In this document: piece by piece, positions 48,870 to 54,674 of the stretch | Position numbering within the stretch: the first letter of the stretch is position 1 | Layout of the letters: each line of letters opens with the position of its first letter | DNA from: Paraspadella gotoi | Lineage: Eukaryota > Animalia > Chaetognatha | Assembly (NCBI GenBank): GCA_051294375.1 | Contig: CM119263.1 | Coordinates: forward strand, 25,331,430-25,386,103 | DNA length: 54,674 nt | Direction: 5' to 3' | Translations under genes and position numbers: made by a program | The notes under the pieces: generated by a model | What the model saw: the letters and a program-made list of their open reading frames with translations, nothing else | Databases searched by the model: none | What the model was told of the DNA's origin: nothing

Positions 48870-49985
48870 TTACAAGGATGTAGAACGGGGGAGAGAAACT
48901 CGTGAATTGGAAAGGGGAAGAAAAAGCCATTTATGGAGTATCAGACGAAAATACATGGGAAGCACGGAACCTAATGGCGTTTTTAGCTTTTTCTGTTCCG
49001 TCTTGTTAGCCCAAAATTTGTTTCCAATCGGATTTTCGGGGGTTCGGTGGCGTGACACAGGGTGCAAGTGGGGCCTTCTTAACCGCCTTGAACGATCGTG
49101 TGCGGGCGACAAAGGCGGGGTATAATGTTTGCGGAATATGGCTATTCTTCTAAGAGATGAAATGAGAAAAAAATTGCGTACGTATAAACGGAAATAAATT
49201 AATAAACATAAGAGGTCTTCCAAGAAATCCAGTCTACGATAAGCGACGCTGTAACTCGGTTTGCGGCTCTTCGACTAAGCTTAGCTATTTCCTTGGGCGG
49301 TTTGTTGTTCGCGTGGTTTATGTCAACGTGATTCTTGTACGAAACATCACTTGGAACTGACACTAACTGAACGTTTGCGCATCCTTCAATAAGTAGTCGT
49401 ACCTGTGTATTTTCTATGGATGCATGCCAAAGAATTAAATAGATTTTGTAAATTAATTAAATAACTCACAAGTCTGAGCTCAGCGTTTTACGCTGTGAAG
49501 CTTGTGGGCAAGGCCGGACTTAGTTCGCGCACGCAGAGCCCGGATGAAGGAAGGGACGGTTCCGACATGGGAGGCGCACGCATCTTCCGTTCTGCCAGGT
49601 TAATTTTCGGTGAAACGTGGATGGCTCTACGATACAGCCGGGTAACGTTTGTGACGGTTCGCACTGGAACTAGCGATCCGGTAGCGGTGGTGCACCGCGA
49701 ATCGGTATGGCTTCCTAATAAGACTCGAATAATCAATCTCGTTGGTAAGCATTATTTTAGAGAGAGCGTTGTTAGTAATCCAAGCTCGACCTTGACATAT
49801 GGAGGGAAAGAGCGTCTTCTCTAAAGCCAGTCCGCCAAGGCTCGGCAGCGAGTGTCAAGTTCTGCGGGGCTGGCAGTCGGAGGCCTCCCTTTCCTCAAAA
49901 TGGTGTAATTTGAGGGAGCGCTTGGAACGGGGGTCTAGAAATCGACTAGGTGCGAGAGTCACCGAAATTGTTTCCTTTTGGATAT
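48870..49985 (-). pseudogene. Decayed upstream exons, unknown product
   Basis: A 67-nt GTGAGT...CAG intron (49469-49403) joins ...PTSFTA*NAELRL|VRLLIEGCANVQ... in frame (~155 codons, one internal TAA). A further TCTTAG acceptor ends at 49150. Confidence 0.4.
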
Positions 49986-52900
49986 NNNNNNNNNNNNNNN
50001 NNNNNNNNNNTGACGAAAAAGTGAAACCGTAACCACGTCTGACGAGTTGACTTTTGGTCGGAAAATACGGCGAAATTAAACGGGCCAAAAAATTAGTGGT
50101 ACGTAACCGTCTAAGAATTACGTAGCAAATGGCACTTCAATTATTATAATGAGCTCAGGATCATACTCGCAGTGCCAGCTTTAATTTGAGCGTCGATTAA
50201 TATTCTCCACGAAATGTCTTGACCTCCTTCGGTCACAACCACCGATTACCTCGCGAAATCAAGTACCTTCGCCCTTTCGCCACGTGGCTCCTTCAGCTCC
50301 TTCAGCCCATCGCCTTCAACGCCACTCCGTCACCCAATTATCTCCCCAATCCCCGCGCCATCCCTTCATCGTCGTCACCCTCCACGCCCTTCTGCCCCTT
50401 TTTTTCGTTTCTCGCTCCTTTCCCATCGCATCTCCCGACGCTGATCCCTAGAGACTCCGAAAGATGGCGATGACGACGCCGCCGGGCGCNNNNNNNNNNA
50501 GTGAGAGTGAGTAGGGTTTCGAGTCAAAATTCGCTTATTTAAATGCGTCGGTTTTATGATGACGAGAAACTTTTACGACTAGNNNNNNNNNNNNNNNNNN
50601 NNNNNNNNNNNNNNNNNNNNNNNNNNNNNNNNNNNNNNNNNNNNNNNNNNNNNNNNNNNNNNNNNNNNNNNNNNNNNNNNNNNNNNNNNNNNNNNNNNNN
50701 NNNNNNNNNNNNNNNNNNNNNNNNNNNNNNNNNNNNNNNNNNNNNNNNNNNNNNNNNNNNNNNNNNNNNNNNNNNNNNNNNNNNNNNNNNNNNNAGAGAG
50801 AGAATCCGAGCTTTATACTAATTATCATATCAGATTGTAAACTTTCTTCTTCGACCAATTTTGTCATATCTCCATTCACTATCCAACGGGCGGACCTTTA
50901 CGGACAGATTTTTTCCGACAAATTGACGATAGTAAGAGATAACGACAAGGTTGACAACGACGACAAGGTTGACAACGACGACAACAACGACGACGCAACA
51001 ACCGTCGTTACGGTCGTTCGNNNNNNNNNNNNNNNNNNNNNNNNNNNNNNNNNNNNNNNNNNNNNNNNNNNNNNNNNNNNNNNNNNNNNNNNNNNNNNNN
51101 NNNNNNNNNNNNNNNNNNNNNNNNNNNNNNNNNNNNNNNNNNNNNNNNNNNNNNNNNNNNNNNNNNNNNNNNNNNNNNNNNNNNNNNNNNNNNNNNNNNN
51201 NNNNNNNNNNNNNNNNNNNNNNNNNNNNNNNNNNNNNNNNNNNNNNNNNNNNCGTCGTCGTCACCGTCGTCGACCTTCGCCGTACACCGAGTTTCTCTCT
51301 CTCTCAGTCTCTCTTTGCTTTACGAGAAGAAACGTCCTATTGTCGTCTTTCTGTCGTCGTCGTTTTCGTCGTCGTCGTCGTCGATCGTCACGAGGGGTCG
51401 TTGGTGAATTTTGAGTGCAGCTCGAATCGCGAAAGCGCTTCATTGATGAGACGAACTCGCTACTTTTGACTTTCACTCTTCGCGACGATATTTCTCGCAA
51501 CAAGGATTTCAGCTCTCGCAAGTCGCCGAGCGGCTTAAATTTGACTGGGAAATTAGGGGACGGTAAGATTTTATCCAATGGTATCGTTTAATTTCCTTGA
51601 TTCAAATTCGAAAAATAAACGGTCGAAAATCAGAAAATCAGAAAACGGAGAAAAAAAAAGTAAACACGAAAGAGAAAGAGGAAAAGAAGAAAAAAGAAAA
51701 AAAAAGGGAAAAAAATCGCAAGAGAAAAACGGAAGCTTTTTCTCTCCCTCGACCCCGGACCGTTCCCTCTCTCTCCCCAGCCTCTCCGCCCGCCCATCTT
51801 GTCTCTCCCTTCCTTTTTTTCTTCGGGCGATTCAAAAAAACGGTGTTTTGACGGAATTCAAGTTCGAACAGCGCCATCTCAACTTTTCCAGCCTCCATGA
51901 AAAGAAAACGAAATAAAAGAACATCCGAAAAAATGGGGGGAAACTGAAAGAAAACGAAGGAAAGAAAAGAAAAAGAGATGGCGAAAAAAAAAGGGGAGGG
52001 AAAGAATAAAAATAAAAAAAAGAAAAAAGAAAGAAAGAAAATGAAAAGGTGCGAGATCTTTTTCACAGGTAGAGAGAAAAAAANNNNNNNNNNNNNNNNN
52101 NNNNNNNNNNNNNNNNNNNNNNNNNNNNNNNNNNNNNNNNNNNNNNNNNNNNNNNNNNNNNNNNNNNNNNNNNNNNNNNNNNNNNNNNNNNNNNNNNNNN
52201 NNNNNNNNNNNNNNNNNNNNNNNNNNNNNNNNNNNNNNNNNNNNNNNNTAAGCTTTGCCGAAAGGAATTGACAAAAGAGGCTAAGGAGGGGATGAGAGAA
52301 GGAAAGAGGAAAAGGCACAACGAAGAAACGAGGAATAAGAGAAAGGAAATAGGGAAAAGGAAAGAAAAGGAAGAAAAAGGTAGAATAGAGAGAAATGGGA
52401 AACAGTAGAATTAATAACCATAGGNNNNNNNNNNNNNNNNNNNNNNNNNNNNNNNNNNNNNNNNNNNNNNNNNNNNNNNNNNNNNNNNNNNNNNNNNNNN
52501 NNNNNNNNNNNNNNNNNNNNNNNNNNNNNNNNNNNNNNNNNNNNNNNNNNNNNNNNNGAAAGAAAGAAAGAGAGAAAGAAAAAAAGAAATTCAAGAGGAC
52601 TTAGTAAGAGAGAGAATAAATTGAATATCGAAGCGAAAAAAAAAAGGAAGGAAGCAAAAAAAAAAGAAAGGAAGGTGAAAGATGAGTCCAAAAAAAGAAG
52701 TCCATTTCTTTTTCGAAACCTGAATGGTTAATGGAACTCCTCAGTCCTCACCTCCTCCTCGGCGACTTACCTGGCGAGAAGAGGGAGAGGGGGGCGGAGG
52801 GTCCTTTCATGAGAATCAGTCTGACCGGCGGGCGGTGGAGGTATAGGCGAGGGTGAGGATTGGGTGAGAATATGGATGAGGAAGAGCCGGGCGAGGGAGA

Positions 52901-53974
52901 AAGGCAGGGAGAGGGGACCGACAACTACTCTCTTAAGGGATTAAGTGAAAGTAGGAGAATTAGTACATTATAGAAGGATGAAAGACCGAAGATGGATTAT
53001 CTCGAACCATAATTTGACAGGGGAAATGGAATTTTAATATAATAGAACTAAATAAATCATTTTAGTTATTTAATATTATTCGGGTAACACAGCGCCTTCA
53101 TAAAAATATGAAGTTTACTTAATAATAAAAATGATTATAAATAGAAAACATGAAAAATAGTCGAAAGTATATTTGGTTGATTGCCAGATTTGTCACTATA
53201 ATACATACGTACTTACGAGATAGGAAGTTTACAACGTCGTGTACATGGCCCATGCGGTGGTTAGTCGGAAGCGGCGGGTCCATGGGATCATCTTAATTAA
53301 TTTCATTTGCGACTTCCACACGCCCCCTCCATTTCGAAAGTCGGCGTTATGATCTGTTTCTAAAGCGCTTCACCCTACAGAGCAAAAATTAATTATTAGC
53401 GATTCCATGGTAAATAAAATCAATTACCAACGACAGGACACCTAATTAAAAGGAGGAAGAGGGATTATGACCGCTTAATTTGTTATATTCATTTTATCGC
53501 AGAGCATTCAATCAGGTAGGGACGAGGCAGAATTTTTGTAGTTTCTCGTTGTTCCGATCCTCACGTCCATCTCGCCCGAAAAAAAGCGGGAAAAGTGAAA
53601 AAATGAGTAAAATTTTTCTTTCGCCAAAAAGAAAAAAAAAGGCGGCGCGATTGACGTCGTTGCGCGTAGTAGGGATCTAGTGACCTTAGCTTGTGCATCG
53701 AGGGAGGGGAGATGCCGCCTTTCGGTGCAGGTTGTTCTTATTTTTCTTTACCTTTGACTGCGATACGGTATTAGACTGACTGCTCGTCAATTCACGGCGG
53801 GCCGATCCCCGCGCCTCTCGTTTGCGTCGACCGACGTAAACGACAATAACACAAAAAAACCGGATAAAAGATCAAAAGAAGTGAGAGGACCTTCGTGGGC
53901 GCGGGGAAAGGTTTCGAGGCGGGAAAGGAATCCAGCAGAGGCCGAATATGAGAATACGCGAGAGAGAGAGGAGA

Positions 53975-54005
<31 letters not shown>

Positions 54006-54674
54006 GAGAGAGAGAGAGAAGAGGAGAGAGAGAGGAGAGAAGATTAATATTGCGATATGTATATTAAGCGTGAAAAGATGCGCGACATCAAATCGATTCA
54101 TTCGCGCGGAATCAGAGAAAGAAAGAAAAAAAAAGAAAAGAAAGAAAGAAAAAAAAAAAAAGAAAAGGAAAGGAAGAAAGAGAGAAGAAAAATCAACGGA
54201 ATAAGATAGAAAAAAAAACAACAAAAAAAAAAAAAAAAAAAGAAAAGAAAGAATAATTAAGCAAGGACTCGCTGGGAGAAAGCAAAGAATTCAAGAAAGA
54301 GATNNNNNNNNNNNNNNNNNNNNNNNNNAAGAAAGAAAGAAAGAAAGCAAGAAAGAAATAGGAAAGAAAAAAAAATTTAAAAAGAATGATAGAAGGATTA
54401 AATGTAAGCAAGAAAGATTGAAAAATAAGAAAAAGAAAGAAAGATCAAGCAAGCAAAAGAAATGGCATCGCGCAGGTGAAAGGGAAAGATTCGGACAAAG
54501 CATCTCAGGATTATTTGGAATCTTCCTCCTCCTCATCCTCCCCCTCCTCTTCATCCTTGTCATCCTCCTCATCCTCTTTCCATTTTTTTTCCTCCTTTTC
54601 TCCCTCAACCTACTTCCTCTTTCTTTTCTTCTGCTTCTCGACACGTGAACATTGAATCCCCCAATTAGTCTACT

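Larger units (their letters stand above)
43291..50137. mobile_element. Putative ~6.85-kb decayed DNA transposon or insertion with imperfect terminal inverted repeats
   Basis: Left 43291-43320 aagtgaggcagttgttacgtaatgcttgac; right 50109-50137 (rc) aagtgccatttgctacgtaattcttagac. These bracket a microsatellite-free, high-complexity interval. No TSD or transposase motif recognised. Confidence 0.45.

Noticed and set aside
43433-49985. Alternative genetic code as the explanation for in-frame stops
   Set aside because: TAA, TAG and TGA all interrupt the frames; decay or sequencing error is simpler.
50035-50080. Hammerhead-like core (CTGACGA...GAAA)
   Set aside because: No compatible stem I or stem III pairing.
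52765-52810. U1 snRNA 5' end (ACTTACCTGGCG)
   Set aside because: The match stops after 12 nt, with no stem-loop I GATCACGAAG or rest of U1; it is better explained as the complement of a splice donor.

Overview
This is eukaryotic (probably invertebrate animal) draft-genome sequence; the species cannot be named from it. It is very rich in (GA)n/(CT)n, (TCG)n/(GAC)n, (GAAA)n and (TTA)n microsatellites and contains about 21 N-gaps, seven of them exactly 25 N. I recognise no intact protein-coding gene, RNA gene or CRISPR array, and most ORFs in the track are translations of simple repeats or gaps. About 15 kb (11970-27502) is one segment present twice around a 25-N gap and is probably an assembly or haplotype artefact. 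Two structures stand out. (1) Two related non-autonomous TIR elements (37682-38777 and 38782-40105) are joined head-to-tail through one shared TTAA, with GG...CC termini (Kolobok-like), and appear nested in a CCTAA-rich element. (2) A microsatellite-free ~6.85-kb island (43291-50137) is bounded by imperfect ~30-bp inverted repeats and holds decayed, intron-containing minus-strand ORFs for unrecognised Ser/Pro/Arg-rich proteins. All translations and alignments were done by eye and need computational confirmation.
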